Shown: positions 9,346 to 18,343, counted from the stretch's first letter. The stretch is DNA of 36,156 nt from Rhodoblastus sp. (GCF_041915505.1 NZ_JAYSBG010000001.1:1-36156); one strand, 5' to 3'. The notes: generated from the letters alone by a model not told the origin. A program made the numbers and translations.

Positions 9346-11394
9346 TCAAATCGCCAACCCCCTTTGTCGGCCCAACTGCCACGACACCGATCCGCCCTGC
9401 ACGACGCCCATGACTTCGCGGCCAAGCTGGCGGTCGATGACCGGCCGCCAAGGGACCAGGGTGAACTCGTGGGACTTCTCGACGATGGCGAACTTGCCGC
9501 TCGATAGCTGGGCGGTTCCGGTGAAGGCGCCGGTCACGGTCTCGCCGTCAGCCGCCATACGGAACGGCAACGATTTCTTCGCCGCCAATTCCTCACCCGT
9601 GCGGGCGACTTCACGCTCCTGAAGCGTGGCGATCAGGTTGCGTCGATAGGTGGTGCGGCCGTCTGGTTGCCGGGCGGCGTCGCCTTGGTCGATGTGATGT
9701 TCGCGGCGACGTTCCATCGCCTCGCGCACCTGTTCGCCGAAGCCGGACGGCGATAGGTCGGAGTTGTCCGCGCTGAGCAGCCGCCGGTCTAGCCAGGTCG
9801 CACCGTCCGATCCCACCTGGCGTTCAAGGTCGAAGGTCGAGAGGATGCGAATGTTGGCGTGGCCGTTGCGCCCCGCGTCATGAGCGGCGGCCCGCGCCTC
9901 GAAGTCCGGGGGGATGCGCCACTGGTCGGCGTCGACGCGCTCCGCGATCCCGGCGCGGCGCAAGGACTCCAGCCGCCGGACGTGGGCATCCACGAAGCCC
10001 TCATAGTCGCCGTTCGGCACATGGCCGTCGAACCGCGCCTGCTCGAGATGGCGGCTCGGCCGATAGACGCCATTCTCGGCGATGCCGGCGATGGCGCGAT
10101 CGGAGGGACGGCCAGCGCTGTCCGGCGGCCTGATCTCGACGACGCTGCCGATGTGGGCGCCTTCGACGCGGGCCGCGTCGAAGCCGGACACATGGTGCGT
10201 GCGACCGTCGATCCCATCGACCACCAACGTCAGGCTGTCGCCCAGCTCGTCGGAAAGATGTTTGTCGATGACGCGGCCGACGATGGGCGTCGCCGGCGGG
10301 GCGTCGTGGATCACGAAGCTCATCGGGTCGCGCTCGGCGTTCTCGGCCCGCAGCGCCTGCTGCATGGTGCGGATGATGTCGCCGCGCTCGCCCATCTCGC
10401 GCAGGGTCGGTTCCAGCCGGTCGCTCAATTCCCAGACGCCGGGCGCATGTTCGGCGGCGAGCCCCATGTCGCCGAGCTTGCCGAGACGGCGCAGGCGTAG
10501 CGTCCGGTCGGATTGGCCGTGCAGGTCGTCAGGTTCGTGGCGCAGGTCGATGATGCGGTCCTCGGCCTCGGCGATCATCGCGCGGTCGATGCGGGTGAGC
10601 CGGTCCTGGTCGATTTCGGCCATGAGCTTGCGGCGTTGCTCGATCTCGGTGACGGGTCCGAGTTCGAGCGTCGCCAGTTCGCTCGCCCGCTCACGGACGC
10701 CATTGGCGAGATAGTCGCCATTGATGACGAGATCCTCGCCCAAGGCGTCGCGGCCGTTGACGATGACATGGACGTGGGGGTGGCCGGTGTTGTGGTGATT
10801 GACGGCGACCCAATCGAGCTTCGTGCCGAGGTCGGTTTCGACCTGGGCCATCAGATCACGGGTGTAGCCGGTCAGGTCGGCGAGGTCGGCGGCGTCTTCC
10901 GGCGAGACGATGAATCGGAACTGATGGCGATCGTCCTGGCCGCGATCGAGGAAGGCGTCGCCATCGGCGCGATCCTCCGTCGCCGAATAGATCAGGCCGC
11001 GCTCGCCGTCGCGGGCCGTGCCGTCGCGCTGGATGTAGCGCAGATGGGCGGCGGCCTTGCCGCTGCGGCCGGCGGCGCGCACCGACCGGGATTTGACGAC
11101 GACGCGGCGGGCGCCAGGCTGGCGATGGCTCCAGCCGTTCGACAGGTTGCGGGTGCGCACGAAGGATGCACCGCGCCCGCGCTGCACACCTCGGCCGGAC
11201 GCGACGACGCTCCGACCATTCACCGACCGGCTGGGGCCGCCACCCTTGGCGGAGCGGCTTCGGCCCGTCCCGGCCTGCTGCTGGCGGGCGATCTTGCGAA
11301 CCTTGCTGAGGAAGCTTTTGGCCTGGCCCGCTTTGGCGCCCTTGGAGCGGATGCGGCCTGGCCTCGGCCGGAAGTGATCGTCGTCGTCGCTCAC
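9346..11394 (-). CDS. rlxS: MOBP relaxase (VirD2/RlxS-like) with C-terminal DUF3363
   Basis: GTG start at 11394; motif I HLRYIQRDG, motif II FRFIVSPED, motif III HHNTGHPHVH; GATWLDR in the C-terminal region. Confidence 0.92.
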   Translation of the reverse strand: MSDDDDHFRPRPGRIRSKGAKAGQAKSFLSKVRKIARQQQAGTGRSRSAKGGGPSRSVNGRSVVASGRGVQRGRGASFVRTRNLSNGWSHRQPGARRVVVKSRSVRAAGRSGKAAAHLRYIQRDGTARDGERGLIYSATEDRADGDAFLDRGQDDRHQFRFIVSPEDAADLADLTGYTRDLMAQVETDLGTKLDWVAVNHHNTGHPHVHVIVNGRDALGEDLVINGDYLANGVRERASELATLELGPVTEIEQRRKLMAEIDQDRLTRIDRAMIAEAEDRIIDLRHEPDDLHGQSDRTLRLRRLGKLGDMGLAAEHAPGVWELSDRLEPTLREMGERGDIIRTMQQALRAENAERDPMSFVIHDAPPATPIVGRVIDKHLSDELGDSLTLVVDGIDGRTHHVSGFDAARVEGAHIGSVVEIRPPDSAGRPSDRAIAGIAENGVYRPSRHLEQARFDGHVPNGDYEGFVDAHVRRLESLRRAGIAERVDADQWRIPPDFEARAAAHDAGRNGHANIRILSTFDLERQVGSDGATWLDRRLLSADNSDLSPSGFGEQVREAMERRREHHIDQGDAARQPDGRTTYRRNLIATLQEREVARTGEELAAKKSLPFRMAADGETVTGAFTGTAQLSSGKFAIVEKSHEFTLVPWRPVIDRQLGREVMGVVQGGSVSWQLGRQRGLAI

Positions 11395-11429
11395 GGTCGC
11401 CGATCCGCCCAAAATCGCCGATTTCGGGC

Positions 11430-11595
11430 AGGAGTGCCGCGAAAAACGTGGAAAATGCTGGCTTTTTCTCCTCTCGCGGCACCATGCCGGTCTGGCGACG
11501 GTGCCGCCCAAAACAGTGTGCAGACAAGGGCTTGCCCTGCGGATCGGACCCATGGGGTGCCGTCCGCTTTAATCTTGCCCTCCCGCCTTCCTCCC
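11430..11595 (+). other. Putative oriT; nic-like TTAATCTTG^CCCT at about 11569-11581
   Basis: Intergenic region upstream of the relaxase; ATCTTGC (11572-11578) resembles the RP4 nic YATCCTG^Y; inverted repeat GTGCCGCGA (11434-11442)/TCGCGGCAC (11474-11482); further GTGCCG copies at 11501 and 11557. Confidence 0.65.
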
Positions 11596-11686
11596 TGTTC
11601 CGCCTCATCTGCCGATGGATGAGACTGTCGCCAGCCCCATTCCCTGCACACCGAAACCTCCTGCCGGGCGGACATGATCGCAGCCC

Positions 11687-12403
11687 TCATGGCTGCCGTC
11701 CCGTGCCCGCCCGCGCGACGAACAGACCGTCGGACTGCGGAACGATGGCAGAGACATCGCGCACGTCCGGCGCCGTGTCGGTGTCGCTGGAAGTGCGTTC
11801 GGCCGGCAAAGGACCGACGGCCGGTCCACGCTCCGACTGCGCGACGAACAGCGGCGCGCGCGTCCAGGCGAGCGGATCGGCGGCGGCGACCAGGACCGGC
11901 GCGGGGGCATCGCCATCGCCGAGCAACGACGCGACGCTGGCGACATAGGCGCGCGTTTCGGCCGGCAGAGGACGGCCCTTCAGCGAGTCCTCGTAGCGGC
12001 CTGGACCGGCGTTATAGGCCGCGATCCAGCCGGGCGAGCCGTAGCGGCCGTACAGCTCGCGGATATAGGCCGCGCCGGCGATGATGTTGTCGCGCAGATC
12101 GTAAGGATCGGCGCCGAGGCGATAGCGATCACGCAAACCCGCCCATGTCTCCGGCATGATCTGCATCAATCCCATCGCGCCCTTGGGCGAGACGGCGTGG
12201 GGATCGCCATTGCTTTCGGCCGTCATCACCGCGCGAATCCAGGCTGCGGGAAGCTCGAAGCGCTGCGCCGCCTTGGCGACGAGTTCGCCGAGGAGATCGC
12301 GGGTGGGGGATGGGGCGATGCTCGGCGGTTGCGCGAACGCCGGAACCGGCGGCGCGCAACCGACCGACAGGCCGATAAGGAGAAGAAGCGAGGCCCGCCG
12401 CAT
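11687..12403 (-). CDS. Lytic transglycosylase (SLT domain)
   Basis: Signal peptide; IRAVMTAESNG, GAMGLMQIMPETW, AAYNAGPG, ETRAYV. Confidence 0.93.
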   Translation of the reverse strand: MRRASLLLLIGLSVGCAPPVPAFAQPPSIAPSPTRDLLGELVAKAAQRFELPAAWIRAVMTAESNGDPHAVSPKGAMGLMQIMPETWAGLRDRYRLGADPYDLRDNIIAGAAYIRELYGRYGSPGWIAAYNAGPGRYEDSLKGRPLPAETRAYVASVASLLGDGDAPAPVLVAAADPLAWTRAPLFVAQSERGPAVGPLPAERTSSDTDTAPDVRDVSAIVPQSDGLFVARAGTGRQP

Positions 12404-12407
12404 CGCG

Positions 12408-12743
12408 TCAGTCCTTCCGGTCACGCTTCTGCGGACGGCTCCAATGCAGCGACCAGGCGCTGCCCGCATCGTCGTCGCGGAACAGATTGGCGCGGATCGG
12501 ACGCGGCAAGGCCGGATCGTCGATCAGCAAAGCGATGTATTCGCCGGCGCGCTCGCCGGTGCGTTTCCAGCCCGCGCCGATCTCCGGGCCGGCGTCGTCG
12601 CCATGATGGATGCGATAGTCCGGGGCGTTCTCCGTATCCGACGACGGAGCGGGGACGACGGTGACGTCCCGGTAGAGCGTGAGGGTATGGATGCGCCCGA
12701 CAAAGCCGGACTGCTCGCGGGTGAAGGCGCCGATCTGCGACAT
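12408..12743 (-). CDS. DUF736 family protein
   Basis: IGAFT...GRIHTLTL...NAPDYRI...EIGAGWKR...LIDDPALPRPIRANLF...LHWSR. Confidence 0.85.
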   Translation of the reverse strand: MSQIGAFTREQSGFVGRIHTLTLYRDVTVVPAPSSDTENAPDYRIHHGDDAGPEIGAGWKRTGERAGEYIALLIDDPALPRPIRANLFRDDDAGSAWSLHWSRPQKRDRKD

Positions 12744-12809
12744 GACTGTCTCCATGGCGGTGGGGTTGGAAAGCCGTCGGCGGGCACCGCTCCCGACGAC
12801 GGAAAGCGG

Positions 12810-13355
12810 TCAGCGTGTCGCCGCGCGCCAGACGAAGCGGCCGTCGCCGTCCTCGTCGGTGTAGAGCGGCGTCGCCTTGCCGATGACGGCGCGCGCCGGA
12901 AGCGGGCCGAAATAGCGGCCGTCCAGGCTGTCGCGGACATCGGGGTTCATGAGGAAAACCTGCCCGTCGCCGATGCGCTGGCAGCCCTGCCAGACGGGCA
13001 GCGGACGGCCGAGCCGATCGCGGTCGAGCGCCTCGCCGAGCGGCACGGCGTCGACGGTCACGGTGTCGCCGGCGCGGCAGACCTGCTGGCCGGGAAGGCC
13101 CATGACGCGCTTCATCAGCGGCACGTTGCGGCCGATGTAGCCGCGCCCGACCATGAAGTCGGAAAGCGGCTTGTCCGGCATGGCGGCGACGAGATCGCCG
13201 ATCGCCAGATGGCGCGGCGGTGCGAGGTCATAGAGGCCGATCGGCACGCTGGCGGAGGCGTTCCAGACGAGGCGCGGCGCGATGGGGATGAAGGCGGCGA
13301 TGGCGATGGCCATCGTCAGGACGTAGGTCGTCATGACATAGCCGAAGCGGGTCAT
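12810..13355 (-). CDS. traF: S26 family pilin-processing peptidase TraF
   Basis: WNASASVPIGLY, LMKRVMGLPGQQVC, SLDGRYFGP. Confidence 0.9.
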   Translation of the reverse strand: MTRFGYVMTTYVLTMAIAIAAFIPIAPRLVWNASASVPIGLYDLAPPRHLAIGDLVAAMPDKPLSDFMVGRGYIGRNVPLMKRVMGLPGQQVCRAGDTVTVDAVPLGEALDRDRLGRPLPVWQGCQRIGDGQVFLMNPDVRDSLDGRYFGPLPARAVIGKATPLYTDEDGDGRFVWRAATR

Positions 13356-13873
13356 GGTGCGATCTCCCGCCGCTTGAGCCACGCCGCATGGCGCTCCGGC
13401 GTGTAGGCGCGCGGCTCATGCCCGGCGCCGATCCGGTTGCCGACGTGCCGCCAGTGATCGGGAGCCACGTCGCAGGCGTCGATGCCGAGGGCTTCCACGG
13501 CGTCGATGTGGCGAAGCACCTGTTCGACCTTGGGCCAGCCCTCGATCTTCAGCAGGATCTCGCCGCCGGGGCGCACGAAGGGGAGTGTCTGGTAGGCTTC
13601 GCCCGGCGCCGTGGCGCGCACGATGTCGATGCGCGAGATGATCGTGCCGAAGTCGTTGGCGGCCCAGCGCACGAAAGCGAAGAGGCTGCCTGGCCGGTAA
13701 GAGAGGACGCGGCGGCGGCGATCGAGCACCTGCTCATGGGCTTCGCGGCCGAACCTGATCCAGTTCTCGATCCGCTTCTCGAGATGGGTCAGCTCGACAT
13801 GGGTGAGACGGTCGGCGAGCTGCGCGCGCGGCGTGGCGCCGTCCTGCGCGCGGGGAACCGCGGCGCTCGTCAT
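13352..13873 (-). CDS. DUF2840 domain protein
   Basis: LTHVELTHLEKRIENWIRFG...FVRWAANDFGT...VRPGGEILL...PDHWRHVGNR. Confidence 0.85.
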   Translation of the reverse strand: MTSAAVPRAQDGATPRAQLADRLTHVELTHLEKRIENWIRFGREAHEQVLDRRRRVLSYRPGSLFAFVRWAANDFGTIISRIDIVRATAPGEAYQTLPFVRPGGEILLKIEGWPKVEQVLRHIDAVEALGIDACDVAPDHWRHVGNRIGAGHEPRAYTPERHAAWLKRREIAP

Positions 13874-14124
13874 GATGGGTCTCCTTCGGTGGTCGGGGGA
13901 AATTCGCGGGCGAGCAGCTCGCGCAGCATGTCGGCGACCGTGACGCCGCGACCGAAGGCGGCGATCTTGATCCGGCCGCGCAGCGCCGGCGTCACGTCGA
14001 TGGTGAGCCGGGCGGTGAAGTCGCTGGCGTCGCCGTCGCGCGTCGGCGCGTCGGCCGCCTTGATCCAGCGGTCGGGATCGCCGGGCCGGGCGGCGAAGCC
14101 ATTGCGGCGCGGACGCACGCTCAT
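13870..14124 (-). CDS. ParG-like ribbon-helix-helix partition protein
   Basis: FTARLTIDVTPALRGRIKIAAF...TVADMLRELLAREF; coupled downstream of parA. Confidence 0.85.
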   Translation of the reverse strand: MSVRPRRNGFAARPGDPDRWIKAADAPTRDGDASDFTARLTIDVTPALRGRIKIAAFGRGVTVADMLRELLAREFPPTTEGDPS

Positions 14125-14774
14125 CGCGCCGCCTTCCCGATGCGGAGGGCGTCGATCGCATCCGCCAGCGCGGCGATCTCGCGCGCGGCGGGCGTGTCGT
14201 CGTCCAGCTCTGAGACGAGCCGGCCGGACTGCGCGGCGACCGCGAAGGCGACGCGCTGGCCGATGGCGGCGGCAAGGACGGGGGGATCGTGATCGGCCAA
14301 TGTCTCGGCCGTCTCGCGGGCGAGCACGGTGCGCGCTGCGCAACGGTTGAGCACGAAGCGCGCGACCAGCTCGGGCCGGTAGATGCGCGCCTCGGCGAGG
14401 AGCGCCAGCATCTCGGCGGAGGCCCAGCCGTCGAACGGCGACGGCTGCACGGGGATCAGCACCAGGTCGGCCGCGAGCAGCGCCGAGCGCATGAGGCCGG
14501 CGACGCGCGGCGGGCCGTCGATCACGACGTGATCGACGTCGCGCGCCAGCTCGGGCGCTTCCCGGTGGAGCGTGTCGCGGGCCAGGCCGATGACGCCGAA
14601 CAGCCGAGGGACGCCTTCCCGCACGCGCTGCTGCGACCAGTCGAGCGCCGAGCCTTGCGGGTCGGCATCGACCAGCGTGACGCGCTTTCCCCTCCCGGCC
14701 CATTCGCCGGCGAGATTGAGCGCCAGCGTCGTCTTGCCGACGCCGCCCTTCTGGTTGAGGAGCGCGACGATCAT
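14121..14774 (-). CDS. parA: ParA family partition ATPase
   Basis: NQKGGVGKTT deviant Walker A, DADPQGS, VIDGPP. Confidence 0.93.
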   Translation of the reverse strand: MIVALLNQKGGVGKTTLALNLAGEWAGRGKRVTLVDADPQGSALDWSQQRVREGVPRLFGVIGLARDTLHREAPELARDVDHVVIDGPPRVAGLMRSALLAADLVLIPVQPSPFDGWASAEMLALLAEARIYRPELVARFVLNRCAARTVLARETAETLADHDPPVLAAAIGQRVAFAVAAQSGRLVSELDDDTPAAREIAALADAIDALRIGKAAR

Positions 14775-15901
14775 CGGCGGCCTCCCGGACGGGAGCTGAA
14801 GGGCCGTTGCGGGAGGGGGTGCGTGTCGGCGGCTTTGGTGCGCCGTTTGCCGGTGACGCTGAGCGCGTTCGTGGCTTGCCGGACGAGGTTTTCCACCTCG
14901 CTGGCGCGCTCTTCAAGGTTAGATTCTTCGTTAGACTCTAAGTTAAGGCTGAGGTTTTCGCTTTGCGTTCCGCGCGTTAAGGCGAGTTTCGGTTCCCGTT
15001 GGCACGAGAGGGCGGTTCCTGATGGCACGCGCCCTCGGGTTCCCGATGGCACGAAGCCGTCCACAGCTTTTCCACAGGCCGGCCTCGGCTCGAAGGCCAG
15101 CAGCGTGCGACCGCCGGCTTCGATCTCCAGGAACAGCGTGTAGCCGGGGAGCGGTTGGCGGCGGATGATGTCGCGCAGCTCGAAGGCGAAGCGCTTAAAG
15201 GGCGAGAGCGCGCCGGATTTCTGGTGGAGGTGGCGGAAGTCGAAGCGCCAGCCCTTGCGCTGACGGCCGCCATGCTTGCGGACGATCCGGTAGAGCCAGC
15301 GGTCGAGACCTCCGGTCAGGCCGAAATAGGCGCGGTCGATGGTCAGCACGAGCGCGTCGTCGAGGACGGCCTGGTAGAACCAGTCGGGCACGATCAGCTC
15401 GATCCCGTCGGGCTTGCCGTTGCGGTCGGTGCGCTCCTTCCACTCGTTGATCCAGGAGAAGCGATGCCGCCGGCCCTCGGCGGGTTGCCGGATCGAGGTG
15501 CAGATCGTCGTCGATTGCAGCCGATCGAGCGCGGCCTTGAGGCGCTGGTAGTCGCGCAGGGATGTCCCGCGGCCGATGAATTTTAGGATTTCATAGGGGG
15601 TGGCGACCATCAGGCGCGAGGTGCGCAGGCTCGCGTCGCGGGCCTCGACGATCTGGCTCGCCGCCCAGATCAGGATGTCGGCGTCCCAGATGGTCGCCAT
15701 GCCATGATCGGGCACGGCCTCGACGCGGATCGACACGCCGGCGGCGTAGAAGTCGATCGGCGCGGTGCGGTGGGACTTGGAGAGAGAGAAGAAGGGATAG
15801 GCCATGAGATCCTGCGCGTCTCGGGCGGCGAACTCGCCGGGGAGCGCCCGGAACAGGTCGAGCTGTCCGCGCTCCGATAGGTGCTGTTGCCGCGCCGCCA
15901 T
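14771..15901 (-). CDS. repA: Replication initiator protein A
   Basis: RDAQDLMAYPFFSLSK, GMATIWDADILIWAASQ, LDRWLYRIVRKHGG. Confidence 0.9.
   Translation of the reverse strand: MAARQQHLSERGQLDLFRALPGEFAARDAQDLMAYPFFSLSKSHRTAPIDFYAAGVSIRVEAVPDHGMATIWDADILIWAASQIVEARDASLRTSRLMVATPYEILKFIGRGTSLRDYQRLKAALDRLQSTTICTSIRQPAEGRRHRFSWINEWKERTDRNGKPDGIELIVPDWFYQAVLDDALVLTIDRAYFGLTGGLDRWLYRIVRKHGGRQRKGWRFDFRHLHQKSGALSPFKRFAFELRDIIRRQPLPGYTLFLEIEAGGRTLLAFEPRPACGKAVDGFVPSGTRGRVPSGTALSCQREPKLALTRGTQSENLSLNLESNEESNLEERASEVENLVRQATNALSVTGKRRTKAADTHPLPQRPFSSRPGGRR
14910..15076. repeat. Putative oriV inside the repA 3' end: three 16-bp iterons, a DnaA box and an AT-richer tract
   Basis: GGTTCCYGWTGGCACG at 14991-15006, 15014-15029 and 15038-15053; TTTTCCACA at 15068-15076; GTTAGA/GTTAAG repeats at about 14918-14947. 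Confidence 0.7.
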
Positions 15902-15919
15902 TCGGGGGGTCGCCGGCGA

Positions 15920-16201
15920 TCAGCGCGGGTGTCGGCTGGCGCGGGCCGGCGGCGCGGGCGTGTGACGCTTGGCGGGAAGGATCGAGCCGCGCGGATCGGA
16001 GGTCGAGGTGACGGCGCCGCGCGCGGCCCAGGCTTCGAGATCGTCGACGGCATAGACGACGCGACCGCCGAGCTTGCGATAGGCTGGGCCGGTGCCGTAG
16101 GTCCGGTGCTTTTCGAGGGTGCGCGAGGAAAGGCTGAGGAACTCGGCGGCTTCCTTGGTGCGCAGGAAGCGCGGCGGGAGAACGGCGAGGTCGGGTCGCA
16201 T
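15920..16201 (-). CDS. rdfS: AlpA/MerR-like HTH excisionase (RdfS-like)
   Basis: RFLRTKEAAEFLSLSSRTLEKHRTYGTGPAYRKLGGRVVYAVDDLEAWA. Confidence 0.82.
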   Translation of the reverse strand: MRPDLAVLPPRFLRTKEAAEFLSLSSRTLEKHRTYGTGPAYRKLGGRVVYAVDDLEAWAARGAVTSTSDPRGSILPAKRHTPAPPARASRHPR

Positions 16202-16290
16202 GGATGGGGCCTCCGTGAGCTTCGTGAAGGCCGCTGGCGATGAGCGGCGGACGAAGGCCACGATGGCGAAGCAGGACCGGCGAGATGCAG

Positions 16291-16318
16291 GGCGAAGTCA
16301 GGGGGGCCTAAAATCGCC
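16291..16318. promoter_or_regulatory. FseA-box-like inverted repeat upstream of the rdfS-like gene
   Basis: GGCGAA-N16-ATCGCC; one mismatch to the GGCGAA-N16-TTCGCC box as recalled for the ICEMlSymR7A rdfS promoter. Confidence 0.65.
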
Positions 16319-16341
16319 CACCGGCTATGGCGTCGGCGCGA

Positions 16342-17116
16342 TCAGCCTGGCCGGCGATGTCGCAGCAAAGCGCGATAGCCGCCGGCGATCATGGCGCGCG
16401 CATCCCGCAGCAGGGTTTTGATGGCGTGGCGGGCGGAAGCGTCCTGCCACGCCTGGCGATCGAGCTGGGCGATGTGGAAGACGACCTGCGCGATCTCGCG
16501 CTGCGTCGCGCCATCACGATAGCCGTCGAAGCATTGCAGCATCCTGCGCAATCGCAGGCGCTGTTGCGCGGTCAGCCGTGTGTCGGGCGGGATGGTCCGG
16601 CCGTGAAGGGCCGCCAGCAGGCGATAAAGGGATTCGAGCCGGTCGAATCCCTCGCGGTTCAGGGGAATGACTGCGGCGAGGGGCTTGCCGATCGACGCGG
16701 CCGTCTCGACGACGAGCTGGAGGCGCTGGCCGTCGCCGAGGTCGTAGAGGAGGACGTCTTCGTCATCGTCTGCGATGCGGTAGGCGACGTCGAAGGCCGG
16801 TCGCGGATCGCCGTCCGTGACGAGACGCCTGGGAGCCGGCCGCAGGAAGACGGCGCTCGTATCGTCCTCGGGCAGCCAGACGATGCGGGCTTCAGATGGA
16901 GGCGCCAGCGGGTCCACGGGGAAATCGCAACCCCCATCGCCGCCGGATCTTGTCGGTCAGGGTCTGGAGGTCGGCCTTCGCCTCGCTCAATTCCTGGTAG
17001 TCTTCGTCATAGGCATCGTTGCGTCGGAGCCACTCCCAGGCGAGATCGGACGCGCTCATCTCGGCGACATGCTCATAGGCGTCGGACGAACGCCATCCCG
17101 CTGCACTCGGTGTCAT
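16342..17116 (-). CDS. fseA: FseA-like transcriptional activator (DUF6499 + DUF2285) fused by a +1 programmed ribosomal frameshift (ORFs 16892-17116 and 16342-16917)
   Basis: AWEWLRRN motif in the upstream ORF; shift site CGA TGG GGG TTG CGA TTT CCC at 16939-16919; the +1 frame continues FPVDPL... into DUF2285 (DGATQREIAQVVF...MIAGGYRALL). Confidence 0.85.
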
Positions 17117-17232
17117 TACGATCCTCCCTCGGCATTTTTTCGCACTTGTGGGGGAATCAGGATTCCTGACGAGGCCGCCCGGCGGAACCTAGGCCATGGG
17201 CAAAGAGCGATGCCCAATCGGCATCGCGGCGG

Positions 17233-17499
17233 TCAATGTCGAGGACGAGTCAACTCACGGTAGCCCTGTTCCGTCATCCAGCGCGCCCGCGCCAGATGCG
17301 AGTCGTGAACATGACGGCAGCGCTGCGGATCGTGCGCGGGATCAAGGCCGAAAATGACCTGGACGGCCTCCTGCCAGTCGGCGCCGTCGCGGGCCGAGTC
17401 GAGCAAACGCAAATAGAGCGTCATGTGCTCACGGTCATAGGCCGTGAGCGACGGGCTGATCGGCGGCTCGTCGAGAAATGCGGGCGTTTGCTGTCCCAT
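17233..17499 (-). CDS. qseM: QseM-like antiactivator (stand-alone DUF2285)
   Basis: SLTAYDREHMTLYLRLLDS...FGLDP...SHLARARWMTEQGYREL closely follows the QseM pattern. Confidence 0.8.
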   Translation of the reverse strand: MGQQTPAFLDEPPISPSLTAYDREHMTLYLRLLDSARDGADWQEAVQVIFGLDPAHDPQRCRHVHDSHLARARWMTEQGYRELTRPRH

Positions 17500-17580
17500 A
17501 GGGCGACTATAATCGCTCGACGGAGTTCCGTTAACAGCAACGCTGGGAAATTCTCTTGCGGCGCCGGCGGCGGCGGGCGC

Positions 17581-17835
17581 TCAACGCTTCGGCGGCGGAT
17601 CGTTCCGGTCGTGAAGCAACAGCACGCCTTGCCCCTTGTCGGTCGACAGCAGGACGATCCCCGCGGCTTCCAGCGCCCTGCGAACGAGATCGCGCGTAGA
17701 CTCGTACACCTCCAGATCGTTCTCGGATTCGAGACGCTTGAGGGCGGTCAGTGATGTGCGGGCCTGGTCAGCGAGCGTCTCCTGTGTCCATCCCAGCAAC
17801 GCGCGTGCGGCCCGTGATTGTCGGGCGGTGATCAT
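17581..17835 (-). CDS. XRE/Cro-C1 HTH transcriptional regulator
   Basis: MITARQSRAARALLGWTQETLADQA...LKRLES...ALEAAGIV. Confidence 0.88.
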   Translation of the reverse strand: MITARQSRAARALLGWTQETLADQARTSLTALKRLESENDLEVYESTRDLVRRALEAAGIVLLSTDKGQGVLLLHDRNDPPPKR

Positions 17836-17980
17836 GAACGATCACCTCCCATCGGCCACTAAGCCCCTGCCAGAACTACGGCTATTTTAGTCGTTCTTGG
17901 CGCCGCGGGATGGCCGGACGACGGGGCGCTCGTCCGCTCTGGTCTTCGGCGGCGTCGCCGATTCGGGCGCGGGCAAGACA

Positions 17981-18009
17981 AAGGCCCCGGCCTGTCCGGC
18001 CGGGGCCTT
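17981..18009 (-). terminator. Hairpin terminator after DUF736
   Basis: AAGGCCCCGGCC-tgtcc-GGCCGGGGCCTT, 12-bp perfect stem about 10 nt after the stop codon. Confidence 0.65.
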
Positions 18010-18019
18010 GCTCGGTGGG

Positions 18020-18343
18020 TCAGTCCGCCCGGCGGGTCGGGCGGGACCAGATCAGCGAGTAGCCGTCGCTGTCCTCGTCGTCGAAGAGGTTGGCGTAGAT
18101 GGGGGCGTTGAAGCTCGGATCGTCGAGCTTGAGGCCCAGGTAGTCGCGGCCCTCGTTGGAGCGCTTGGACCAGGCTGCGCCGATCTCGACGCGGCCGACC
18201 AGAACCCGGTGGCTGGGGGCGTTTTCGCCGGTGGCGCGCTGGTCGGGGACGATGCGCACGCCCTTGGCCTGGACGCTGAGGGTGACGATTTCGCCGGTGA
18301 ACTCGTTCGAGCCGGTCTTCTTGAAGGTGCCGATGGTCGCCAT
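18020..18343 (-). CDS. DUF736 family protein (second paralog)
   Basis: MATIGTFKK...NAPSHRV...EIGAAWSKRS...LKLDDPSFNAPIYANLF...LIWSR. Confidence 0.9.
   Translation of the reverse strand: MATIGTFKKTGSNEFTGEIVTLSVQAKGVRIVPDQRATGENAPSHRVLVGRVEIGAAWSKRSNEGRDYLGLKLDDPSFNAPIYANLFDDEDSDGYSLIWSRPTRRAD

Noticed and set aside
9346-11394. Agrobacterium-type T-DNA transfer system suggested by a VirD2-like relaxase
   Set aside because: The context is a trb-type ICE; no virD1, virE or virA/virG and no T-DNA borders seen
16342-17116. Frameshifted pseudogene or sequencing error
   Set aside because: The break falls exactly on the conserved programmed +1 frameshift motif
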